A stretch of 14,442 nt of DNA from Candidatus Thorarchaeota archaeon (GTDB lineage Archaea > Asgardarchaeota > Thorarchaeia > Thorarchaeales > Thorarchaeaceae). Made by a program: the position numbers and the translations under genes. The notes beneath the pieces were generated by a model. The model was given only the letters and a program-made list of their open reading frames with translations, made no database searches and had not been told where the DNA came from. The stretch's first letter is position 1; each line of letters starts with the position of its first letter. The DNA is taken from NCBI GenBank assembly GCA_016839605.1, contig JAEOTX010000175.1, positions 1 through 14,442 on the forward strand, written 5' to 3'. This document shows, one piece after another, positions 6,047 to 13,580 of the stretch.

Positions 6047-8395
6047 GCCGAACCATATGTAGATGTCGATGAATGGCGGGACGAACCCGTACGCCATCGG
6101 TATGTCCATGGCGGTTTCAAAGGTACTGATGCCCGGTTCTCGATCCACTTCCCACCCAAGGAGCAATACGATGGCCGGTTCTTCCAGTACATCCAACCAA
6201 TATCGGGAGACGAGTATACTGCACAGACACCGGGGGCTTATACATCAAGCTACTCGATAGGCTTTGCTATCGATAGCGGCGGCTATCTTGTGATATCAAA
6301 CCTGGGGAGGATGGACATGTTCACTGGCGATGATCCCACTATCCCGGGGTATCGGACCAGTGCTGCAGTGGCGAAGTATTCGCGAGTGTTGGCCTCTGAA
6401 ATGTATGGCGACCACCGTCCCTATGGTTATGCTTGGGGCGGAAGTGGTGGGGCATATAAGACCATCAGCTGCATAGAGAACACAGAGGGCGTCTGGGATG
6501 GTGTTGTGCCATTTGTACACGCGACACCAATCAGCATACCCTACAATTTCTCAGTACAGGCTCATGCGATGCGTGTGCTGGAAGATAAGATTCCCGCCAT
6601 CGTCGATGCTGTGGAGCCTGGCGGTAGCGGAGATATGTATGCTGACCTAAATGATGAGGAACGAGCAGCGCTCATGGAAGTGACTAAGATGGGATTTCCG
6701 CCAAGCGCTTGGTTCCATTACAGGATGATTGCTTTCGGCTACACAGGGGTCTTAACCACCCTATTTGACCAAATCATCAAGACTGACCCAACCTATGTTG
6801 AAGACTTTTGGAAAGTGCCAGGTTACCTTGGCGCTGACCCGCCTGAATCACTCCTACGCCGTCGGATAAACCATGAAACAACCATCAGCAAACTGATGAT
6901 GCCTAGTGAATTGAGGGAAATGGGCATTCCAGTAGCGTATTCAGCAGATGCTGCGAGTGACATAGAACCCCCGGCAGCGTTCATAATGGAGAATCTGCCT
7001 GAGGGTGACCTACAGGGAGCTTCAGTATTCCTGAGAAGCGGTGATGCTGAGGGCTGTGTGCTTTACATTGCTGGAGCTTTCGATAATATGGTCATGATTG
7101 CCTTCGGTCAGGATAACTTTCGACGGATGGTTGATATTAAGGTCGGTGATAAAGTAGAGATTGACAACTCTGTGTATCTCGCTTTTCAAACCTATCATCG
7201 TCACCAGAATCCACCACCTGAATACTATGTCTTTGATCAGTTTCGCGACGCCGATGGCAACCCATTGTATCCACAGCGACCCGAGATGTTCAAAGCTGAA
7301 ACGGGCGCGGGCTCAATTCAAACAGGTCGGTTTACTGGCAAGATGATCGTAGTACAGAATTTGATGGACGAAATCGCTTATGCTTGGCAGGCTGACTGGT
7401 ATCGCTCGAAGGTGAAAGACGCTTTGGGTGAGCAGTTCGAGGATAACTACCGTCTCTGGTTTGTCGACAATGCATTGCACACTCCACCAGTAGTCACGCC
7501 ACTTGACTCCCCGCCTGTCGTAACTACTCATGTCATCAACTACGGTGGCGTCTTGCAGCAAGCGTTACGTGATTTGAGCGCGTGGGTTGAAAGAAGCGAA
7601 GCGCCTCCTGCTAGCACACCATACAAAGTTGCTGAGGGCCAAGTGGAAGTTCCTCATAAGGCTTCAGATCGCAAGGGAGTGCAACCAGTAATCACAGTCA
7701 CTGCAAATGGGAGAGAACGAGCAGAGGTCAAAGTCGGGAAGAAGGTGAAATTCTCAGCGGTCATCGATGCACCGCCAGATGCTGGTACAATAGTCGGTGT
7801 GGAATGGGATTTCGAGGGTAATGGCGATTATCCGGTAGTCCAGAAGCTAAAGGACCCTAAGAAGAGCAGTGTGAAAGTGAAGACAGATTACACTTTCTCT
7901 GGGAGTGGTACATACTTCCCAGCGATTCGAGCAACATTGCATCGGAACGGTGATCCTGAAACTCCCTATGCAAGAGTCCAGAACATTGGTCGTGTGAGGG
8001 TGGTTGTGGAAGGCAAGAAGAAGGCGGAGGATGGCAAGGAAATAATCTTTGAGATGAAGAAACTGCCATCCGATTTCGGAGAGTTCATGGACAAGCTGGT
8101 GGATAAGATTGTACAACGAACCACTGTTGAGCAGGGTGTAGAAATCTCCACCATTGAAATAGGACCAAGAACTGGTCGTTCAACAAAGTTCCAACTTGAT
8201 CCCTCCACTCCGATCAATACTATCTATACATTAAGTTTCGAAGATATGGAGACAGGTATCGGAGTCTTCTTGAACCTTGATGTGGAGGTTTCGGGAGCCT
8301 ACAGATTAGCGAAGAAGACTATCCAGAAGGCGATTGCGAAACGTGTTGCTGAAAATGCGATAGAATTAATCACTGAAATCTTGGAGGGGCCCTGA
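5999..8395 (+). CDS. Tannase/feruloyl-esterase-like alpha/beta hydrolase with a PKD-like domain and an extra C-terminal domain (798 aa)
   Basis: Nucleophile elbow YAWGGSGGAYKT, candidate acid in QNLMDE and His in DNALH, PKD-type WDFEGNGDY..YTFS.SGTY near the end, then a ~128-aa extension after RVRVVV. Exact start uncertain (GTG 5999 or ATA 6005). Confidence 0.75.
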   Translation: MIIVTSDSTESSDPFFAEPYVDVDEWRDEPVRHRYVHGGFKGTDARFSIHFPPKEQYDGRFFQYIQPISGDEYTAQTPGAYTSSYSIGFAIDSGGYLVISNLGRMDMFTGDDPTIPGYRTSAAVAKYSRVLASEMYGDHRPYGYAWGGSGGAYKTISCIENTEGVWDGVVPFVHATPISIPYNFSVQAHAMRVLEDKIPAIVDAVEPGGSGDMYADLNDEERAALMEVTKMGFPPSAWFHYRMIAFGYTGVLTTLFDQIIKTDPTYVEDFWKVPGYLGADPPESLLRRRINHETTISKLMMPSELREMGIPVAYSADAASDIEPPAAFIMENLPEGDLQGASVFLRSGDAEGCVLYIAGAFDNMVMIAFGQDNFRRMVDIKVGDKVEIDNSVYLAFQTYHRHQNPPPEYYVFDQFRDADGNPLYPQRPEMFKAETGAGSIQTGRFTGKMIVVQNLMDEIAYAWQADWYRSKVKDALGEQFEDNYRLWFVDNALHTPPVVTPLDSPPVVTTHVINYGGVLQQALRDLSAWVERSEAPPASTPYKVAEGQVEVPHKASDRKGVQPVITVTANGRERAEVKVGKKVKFSAVIDAPPDAGTIVGVEWDFEGNGDYPVVQKLKDPKKSSVKVKTDYTFSGSGTYFPAIRATLHRNGDPETPYARVQNIGRVRVVVEGKKKAEDGKEIIFEMKKLPSDFGEFMDKLVDKIVQRTTVEQGVEISTIEIGPRTGRSTKFQLDPSTPINTIYTLSFEDMETGIGVFLNLDVEVSGAYRLAKKTIQKAIAKRVAENAIELITEILEGP

Positions 8396-8443
8396 ACCAC
8401 TAATCTATTGCCCAAAAGACAAGAAATCATCATCAATCATCGT
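8370..8443 (+). repeat. Direct repeat 2, left copy: true 3' end of the 798-aa gene plus a duplicate carboxylesterase 3' end
   Basis: 69/74 identical to 9512-9585; the last 42 bp (8402-8443) are identical. The minus strand of 8405-8443 reads TMIDDDFLSFGQ*. Confidence 0.95.
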
Positions 8444-9367
8444 TCACTCTTGGCAGTTCGTCTCATGAGAGGTATCCATCTTGTCGTTGATCTCGTTCAC
8501 GGCCTCCTCGAGATCATCGGCTGTCCGCATTGAGGTGGCTGTCGGGACGCTCGTAGTGACGAAGTGTTGCGCGTACGGGAAGCACGCTACCTCGAACGGC
8601 GCCGGGTCCAGTGCGCCAGCGCCGAAGGTGTTGGTGCACAGCGAGATATCATCGAGAGGGAGTTTCAGCGCCTGCGCCATCTCCTTCGGATCGAACACCA
8701 GACTGAACGGCTTGGTGCATTGCTGCAGCTCACCGCCGTAGTCGACTGAGAGATTGCCCTCGACCCACAGGCGCTGATTGAGTTCAGTTAGCACACCATT
8801 CTTCATGTCGGCGACTAAGACGAGGCTGTTGTCAGACTGCGCGCTCGCAACATCAATGATGATCTCTCCGAGATAAGATGTCGTGACTACCGAATGCGAC
8901 GTACTTGGACCGATGAAGCCCTGGCTCGGGTCGTAGCTATGCGTGTTGCTCTCATACTCAATGATGACCCATGAGAGAAGGCCCGTTTCGCAGTTCTCAG
9001 CAATCAGATAATATTCCACGCGGCTCCCCCAAAACACGCTCGTGTGTACGTTGAAGGCGCCAACGATCGCGCACAGTCGCTTGGGAGTATCGCTGAACAT
9101 CCCCGAAGGGAACAAGCTGTAGTTCGGCGGCAACAACCGCTCGACCGTTTCAGTATCGGTGACCTCAAAGGCAAGGAACACACTGTACGGTTCAACGATG
9201 AAGCTCATGTACGGATTGGAGCGCGCCCCTCTTTTGACGATGTACCGCTGGAGTCTGAGCGGCAGCTTGCGGAGAAAGCCACTACCCTGGGTCGTGGACG
9301 CAACCTTGGCAGGCACGACCATCTTCTCGGTAGTCTTGATATAACGTCGAAGATCCTTGACTTTCAT
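8444..9367 (-). CDS. GC-rich hypothetical protein (307 aa), possibly acetoacetate-decarboxylase-like fold
   Basis: Long ORF with a GTGAGGAG RBS before the ATG. The VERLLPPNYSL segment followed by beta-rich stretches recalls ADC/DUF2071-type proteins (weak). GC about 57-62% in two 60-nt spot counts. Confidence 0.75.
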   Translation of the reverse strand: MKVKDLRRYIKTTEKMVVPAKVASTTQGSGFLRKLPLRLQRYIVKRGARSNPYMSFIVEPYSVFLAFEVTDTETVERLLPPNYSLFPSGMFSDTPKRLCAIVGAFNVHTSVFWGSRVEYYLIAENCETGLLSWVIIEYESNTHSYDPSQGFIGPSTSHSVVTTSYLGEIIIDVASAQSDNSLVLVADMKNGVLTELNQRLWVEGNLSVDYGGELQQCTKPFSLVFDPKEMAQALKLPLDDISLCTNTFGAGALDPAPFEVACFPYAQHFVTTSVPTATSMRTADDLEEAVNEINDKMDTSHETNCQE

Positions 9368-9467
9368 GACATCTCCTCACATTAACGTTTCATGATACTT
9401 CTGTTTCTCTTTCAGCACATCAGAACTATTGACTTCCATGAATCCACACTCTATACCTTTCTCGCGG

Positions 9468-9509
9468 CATATCAAACTACCCACTACCTTCATATCAAAC
9501 TACCCACTA
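9468..9509. repeat. Tandem perfect 19-bp repeat (period 23)
   Basis: CATATCAAACTACCCACTA at 9468-9486 and 9491-9509, separated by CCTT. Confidence 0.95.
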
Positions 9510-9511
9510 AC

Positions 9512-9585
9512 TCACTGAAATCTTGGAGAGGACCTAAATCACCAATCTATTGCCCAAAAGACAAGAAATCATCATCAATCATCGT
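9512..9585 (+). repeat. Direct repeat 2, right copy: orphan 3' end of the 798-aa gene plus the true carboxylesterase 3' end
   Basis: Plus strand reads TEILERT* (versus TEILEGP* at 8372-8395); 69/74 identical to 8370-8443. Confidence 0.95.
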
Positions 9586-11271
9586 CAGCACTAATCCTCG
9601 CTCAGGCTCCTCAAGCTCAGTATTCACGAGATTGACTACATCTTTTGTGGCTATCTTTTCCTTCAAGTAGGATATTCGAAGATCATCGAGGCCTGCATCT
9701 AGTACGATAACCTTATCGACTCCTTCAGTGTTATCCCAGACAGGCCAATGAGGCAAGTCATCATGGTTAGGATTTCCTGTTCTCGCAAAATTCGCCAGAT
9801 AGCTCATGCATAGATCAGTCAGTTTCTCACGGCCAGGTTTGTTGCGTTTGTTGTGTGTTTTTCCTGTCAGCAGTGCTATGTCACCTCCACCCATTCCCAA
9901 AAAGAAAGGAATCTCAGCTGCATGATGTGCTCCCAGTTCTCGTCCCTTCTTCCCTGGAAGAACGCTCTCACCATGTTCATCTACACTTCCCCAATCGAAC
10001 CTATACACATAGACAGGTGCATCACTGCCAGAGGTCATCTTTATGGCCAATTCATCAACACCATTTGCACGCCATAGCATTGAGAAGTATCTCCAGACAA
10101 GATCATATTCTCGGGTGTTCAATGGCGGATTCTTTCTGAACCATCCAAAGAGCTTCATTTCATCCTTTGTGCAACCAATGATTACTGGAACTTCATTGGC
10201 CCACTCCTCGGATGAAAAGATGTCATAGCCCTCCTTTGGAATCACGGTTCCATCAGCAAAAATAGTCCGCCATGCTGCCATTCCAAAATCCCTGGTTGGG
10301 ATGTTCTTCATGATTGTGAAAGCAGATTTCGATCGAAGATATTCGTCAATCTCATCATCTTGCATCTTGCTGATGACCTGCTTAGCCTCTTCTACATCCC
10401 CAGCTCTTCGGTCCTTCACCAAGAGGGCCGCGAGAAGATTGTCGCTCTGGCTTTTCGCCTCCTCAGGACTCCAGATAAATGATAGACCACTCTCTACAAC
10501 TGCGCGGCGAAAGAGCCCCTTTGCACGGTGAGAAGCTAGGAGTGAAAGTACATTGAAGGCCCCTCCAGATTCCCCAGCTACTGTTACGTTGTTTGGATCA
10601 CCGCCAAAAGCTCCGATGCTGTCCCGCACCCACTCCAAAGCCTTTACTAAGTCAAGAGTCCCATAATTCCCGCTCTGGTCTTCCGGAGAACCAGTGCCTG
10701 TTACTGCTGGATGGATAAACCAGCCCATTGCACCTAGGCGGTAGTTGACTGAAACGTACAACATGTTTGATTTCTCAACCACAGCATTCCCATTGTAGGA
10801 TGATGTGGCGGATGACCCAATGGAATTCCCTCCTCCATGTATATACATGTAAACCGGTAACTCTGTTTCTGTACTCTTGGGGCGCCAGATATTGAGGTAG
10901 AGACAGTCTTCCGACCCACCTGGACCAAGAAACATCATTATTTGTGCTGCTGAACTCCCAAACTTCTTTGCCTTACGTATGCCGAGCCATGGAATAGGAT
11001 CAAGTGGTGCTTTCCACCGTAGTGGTCCTTCGGGGGGAGCGGCATACGGAATTCCTTTCCAACACCAAGTGCCTTTGTCAGAGAAACCCTCTACTATGCC
11101 ATATTTGGTTTGAACAACTGAATCATTCTTCCACATTCCGATTTCATAGAGGTGTTCTGAGGGTTCCGGCTCGAAAAGTCGTTTTGTGCTTTGAGATACA
11201 ATTCTCTTGACAGAAAGTAGTATCTTTATAATCGGGGAGAATAGCTTTCCTAATTGCATGAGTCGTGACAC
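9547..11271 (-). CDS. Type-B carboxylesterase (COesterase family, p-nitrobenzyl esterase-like)
   Basis: WKGIPYAAPP.G.LRWKAP, SEDCLYLNIW, YIHGGG, NYRLG, FGGDPNNVTVAGESGG nucleophile, TKDE acid, GAHHAAEIPF His, NFARTGNPN. GTG start. Confidence 0.95.
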   Translation of the reverse strand: MSRLMQLGKLFSPIIKILLSVKRIVSQSTKRLFEPEPSEHLYEIGMWKNDSVVQTKYGIVEGFSDKGTWCWKGIPYAAPPEGPLRWKAPLDPIPWLGIRKAKKFGSSAAQIMMFLGPGGSEDCLYLNIWRPKSTETELPVYMYIHGGGNSIGSSATSSYNGNAVVEKSNMLYVSVNYRLGAMGWFIHPAVTGTGSPEDQSGNYGTLDLVKALEWVRDSIGAFGGDPNNVTVAGESGGAFNVLSLLASHRAKGLFRRAVVESGLSFIWSPEEAKSQSDNLLAALLVKDRRAGDVEEAKQVISKMQDDEIDEYLRSKSAFTIMKNIPTRDFGMAAWRTIFADGTVIPKEGYDIFSSEEWANEVPVIIGCTKDEMKLFGWFRKNPPLNTREYDLVWRYFSMLWRANGVDELAIKMTSGSDAPVYVYRFDWGSVDEHGESVLPGKKGRELGAHHAAEIPFFLGMGGGDIALLTGKTHNKRNKPGREKLTDLCMSYLANFARTGNPNHDDLPHWPVWDNTEGVDKVIVLDAGLDDLRISYLKEKIATKDVVNLVNTELEEPERGLVLTMIDDDFLSFGQ

Positions 11272-11439
11272 TGTTTCACACCAGAATGGGTTATTCTATA
11301 GTCAGAATCAAAACAGATTCTCTCAGAAATATCTGTTCTTCTTCTGTACTTGATGATTGCAGAAGCATTGGAGCATTGATAGACTCTTTGGCAGTTGCTT
11401 TATTTCAGTGTGTCATAAAAGCCAGACTGTGACAGAATC

Positions 11440-11823
11440 ATGGAAGACGTTCAGATTATTCTATCAGCGTTATGGGTTTCTCTGATGTTGACCTATCTCT
11501 TGGGAGACGTTATTCGAATCTTTGGCGGTGACTTCGTAGCAGGAGAAATGTCAGGTCAAAAAGCAACTCAAGCGATGTGGATGGGAGCAGCATTATTCAT
11601 GCTAATACCAATTGTTATGGTGTTCTTGGTCCTAGTTCTACCAAATCCAATTAATGGCTGGCTAAACATCATCTCAGCGGTGTTCCTTTTCCTATTCAAC
11701 CTCGCAGGGGTGCGTTCATACCCAGGTCTTTACGACAGGTTTCTGATAGTTGTTGGTCTTGTGTTCAATGTAGTGACTGTTTGGTTTGCATGGAATTGGA
11801 TCTTTGTAGTTAGCCCCACCTGA
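11440..11823 (+). CDS. DUF6326-like small 4-TM membrane protein (second paralog)
   Basis: LSALWVSLMLTYLLGDVIR, MLIPIVMVFLVLVLP, NGWLNII, VWFAWNW. Aligns end to end with 2927-3313. Confidence 0.82.
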   Translation: MEDVQIILSALWVSLMLTYLLGDVIRIFGGDFVAGEMSGQKATQAMWMGAALFMLIPIVMVFLVLVLPNPINGWLNIISAVFLFLFNLAGVRSYPGLYDRFLIVVGLVFNVVTVWFAWNWIFVVSPT

Positions 11824-11872
11824 CAGAGTATGTCACACATCTTCAGTGGCTGATGCAAGTGAAGATAGGAAG

Positions 11873-12205
11873 TCAGAATATCTTGGTAAGGTAATACTCC
11901 TTGACATCATTCGGATACGCGTCCGAAGAACCAAGAATTTCGTACCCCTGACTCTTCAAGAACTCCAGATTCTGGAATGAGAAACAAGCAACCTGTCCTG
12001 CTATGCATCTCCTTTCCTTAGCAAGAGTTTCAGCATACATCAATAGATCCTTTCCATATCCCAAGCCACGATGTGCCTCATCGACCCAGAATTCGGCTAT
12101 GTTCAATATCCCAAGTGTTGTATATCCACTTATTCCTCCAATCACTTCTCCATCGTCACTTTTTATCACCGAACAATAGTCGGTATGCGGGTGTTCCTTC
12201 AGAAA
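11873..12205 (-). CDS. Second GNAT acetyltransferase domain: C-terminal part of a frameshifted two-domain GNAT gene
   Basis: GEVIGGI and WVDEAHRGLGYGKDLL acetyl-CoA motif. The frame is open upstream of GTG 12169 back to the A9 run (FLKEHPHTDYCSVIK). The first strand and helix of this domain are encoded at the end of the 12199-12771 ORF. Confidence 0.8.
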   Translation of the reverse strand, partial: FLKEHPHTDYCSVIKSDDGEVIGGISGYTTLGILNIAEFWVDEAHRGLGYGKDLLMYAETLAKERRCIAGQVACFSFQNLEFLKSQGYEILGSSDAYPNDVKEYYLTKIF

Positions 12206-12771
12206 TTTTTTTTTGCATGCTTGTCAAAGTTCCTACCAAGCCCAGCACGAACCGTTTTAATCTCTTCTTCTGAGGGGTCTGATGTGATTGCAAACCGGTC
12301 TGGGCCTGCCTTTGGAGTTATCCTATCATCTAAAGAGTCGAGGCGGGTCATCAAGACATGTTCTTTAATCCCACTATGATAGCCATCATAGGTCACAATG
12401 AGGTCGTAACCAACAGCCTGATAGAACTCAGGTGCTTGCCATGAGAATGTGTAGACATGGGATGAGATGCACCCTATCTCCTTTGCCAATTTCTGCGCCT
12501 CTATGACGAGGTCTCTTCCATATCCTAGTCCTCGATGCTTTTCATCGACCCAGAGTACCTCAAGATATTGAGTCCAGTAGAGCGTACTCGTGAGGATGCC
12601 ACCAATGACTTCACCCTCTTTATTCTTCAAGATCAGATTGTGCCAGGGTTGCGGGCTGTCGAACTCCCTATTGGTCTTCTCCATGTTGTAAGACTCCAGT
12701 CCTTGCTGAAACTTCTTCACCTCTTCATCAGTCGGGTCGCTTACAACTGCATATCGATTTGATTTACTCAT
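12199..12771 (-). CDS. GNAT N-acetyltransferase: first domain plus the start of the second, stopping just after an A9 run
   Basis: LWVDEKHRGLGYGRDLV and TFSWQAPEFYQAVGY. Internal repeat RYAVVSDPTDEEVK / RFAITSDPSEEEIK. Strong GAGGAGGT RBS. Confidence 0.88.
   Translation of the reverse strand: MSKSNRYAVVSDPTDEEVKKFQQGLESYNMEKTNREFDSPQPWHNLILKNKEGEVIGGILTSTLYWTQYLEVLWVDEKHRGLGYGRDLVIEAQKLAKEIGCISSHVYTFSWQAPEFYQAVGYDLIVTYDGYHSGIKEHVLMTRLDSLDDRITPKAGPDRFAITSDPSEEEIKTVRAGLGRNFDKHAKKNF
12205..12214 (-). other. A9 homopolymer / slippery heptamer A AAA AAT joining the two GNAT ORFs in the -1 frame
   Basis: Minus strand reads CAT GCA AAA AAA AAT TTC TGA; the -1 frame continues TTT CTG AAG GAA CAC to the stop at 11873. 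Confidence 0.8.
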
Positions 12772-12965
12772 TTCAAGACCTCCTCACGCAATAAAGAAGC
12801 CAACTCCTCTTCACTTAATATCTTTCTAGCTGCGCCATGCAGGATGTCACTTGTCAGTATCGAGATTGATTGAATCTTTCTTGGTATTGTAAGCCAATCC
12901 TTAAATATAGTTAAGTTGAAGATAGATGAGTGGATTAGAATTATTTTACTTAGGAGGACTCAGCA

Positions 12966-13571
12966 ATTTCAGACGTATTCAAGACAGTTGAAGAAAGCTA
13001 TGATAAGATGGGAGAGCAGTACCATAGATTCAGAGATAATGGAAAGTTCAACCAGCAACTGAGGGAGTTCACCGAACTACTGCCGCCTTCAGGTCAAGTA
13101 CTTGATGCAGGCTGTGGTGTTGGAAAACCAACGTCAGAATTTCTGGCACAGAAGGGATTTGACATAACAGGAGTCGACATTTCCAAGAAGATGGTTGACT
13201 TAGCAAAGGAGAATGTTCCAACGGCGATGTTCTATCAGAGGAACATACTCACATTGGACTTCCCGGATGATTCGTTTGACGGCATCATATGTGTGTACAC
13301 GTTATGGCATATCCCAAGAATGAACCACCCAACAATAATCCAGAACTTCCATCGAATGCTAAAGAATGGTGGAATACTAGTTCTCAATACAGGAGTATAC
13401 GAATCAGAAGGAATTAGTGAGTTCTTTGGAGAGCCAATGTTGTGGAGCACCAACGATCCGAAGAAGACCTTAGCAGTCGTGAAGAATCTTGGTTTTGACA
13501 TTATTCATGAAGGAGTACTGAAACTAGGTGGAGAACGGCAATACTGGATATTCGCAAAGAAAGTGGCTTGA
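12966..13571 (+). CDS. Class I SAM-dependent methyltransferase; first ATG at 13008, likely true start ATT at 12966
   Basis: VLDAGCGVG motif I, GVDIS, SFDGII, LKNGGILVL. The in-frame upstream extension SDVFKTVEESYDKM follows an AGGAGG at 12952-12957. Confidence 0.9.
   Translation: MSDVFKTVEESYDKMGEQYHRFRDNGKFNQQLREFTELLPPSGQVLDAGCGVGKPTSEFLAQKGFDITGVDISKKMVDLAKENVPTAMFYQRNILTLDFPDDSFDGIICVYTLWHIPRMNHPTIIQNFHRMLKNGGILVLNTGVYESEGISEFFGEPMLWSTNDPKKTLAVVKNLGFDIIHEGVLKLGGERQYWIFAKKVA
13518..13571 (+). repeat. Direct repeat 3, left copy: working 3' end of the methyltransferase
   Basis: Encodes LKLGGERQYWIFAKKVA*; 43/54 nt identical to 14354-14407. Confidence 0.9.
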
Positions 13572-13580
13572 TCTAGCACA

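Noticed and set aside
8405-8446. UGA readthrough or selenocysteine extending the 307-aa protein with TMIDDDFLSFGQ
   Set aside because: The in-frame fit has a 1-in-3 chance, the tail is just the duplicated esterase end, and no SECIS-like structure or redox motif is evident.
9377-9439. 20-aa upstream ORF (MEVNSSDVLKEKQKYHETLM*, minus strand) ending in the RBS of the 307-aa gene
   Set aside because: No convincing RBS, too close to the candidate TATA to be leaderless, and its length is within chance expectation.
9468-9585. Possible mini-CRISPR array from the 19-bp repeats
   Set aside because: Only two units with a 4-nt spacer, and no cas genes in the window.
8370-9585. IS element or transposon with a target-site duplication
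   Set aside because: No transposase-like ORF or terminal inverted repeats seen, and the duplication is 74 bp and imperfect.
5833-10928. Many 60-119 aa antisense or alternate-frame ORFs in the track (for example 5833-6192, 8481-8741, 9044-9385, 9392-9670, 9855-10139)
   Set aside because: They overlap longer motif-bearing genes and show no recognisable motifs; these are shadow ORFs.
11224-11236. 13-bp match CTTTATAATCGGG to the promoter at 5940-5952
   Set aside because: About one 13-mer match is expected by chance in a 14-kb self-comparison, and this copy lies within coding sequence.
11873-12169. Independent 98-aa GNAT starting at GTG 12169
   Set aside because: No RBS, and it lacks the first strand and helix of the domain, which are encoded at the end of the upstream ORF.
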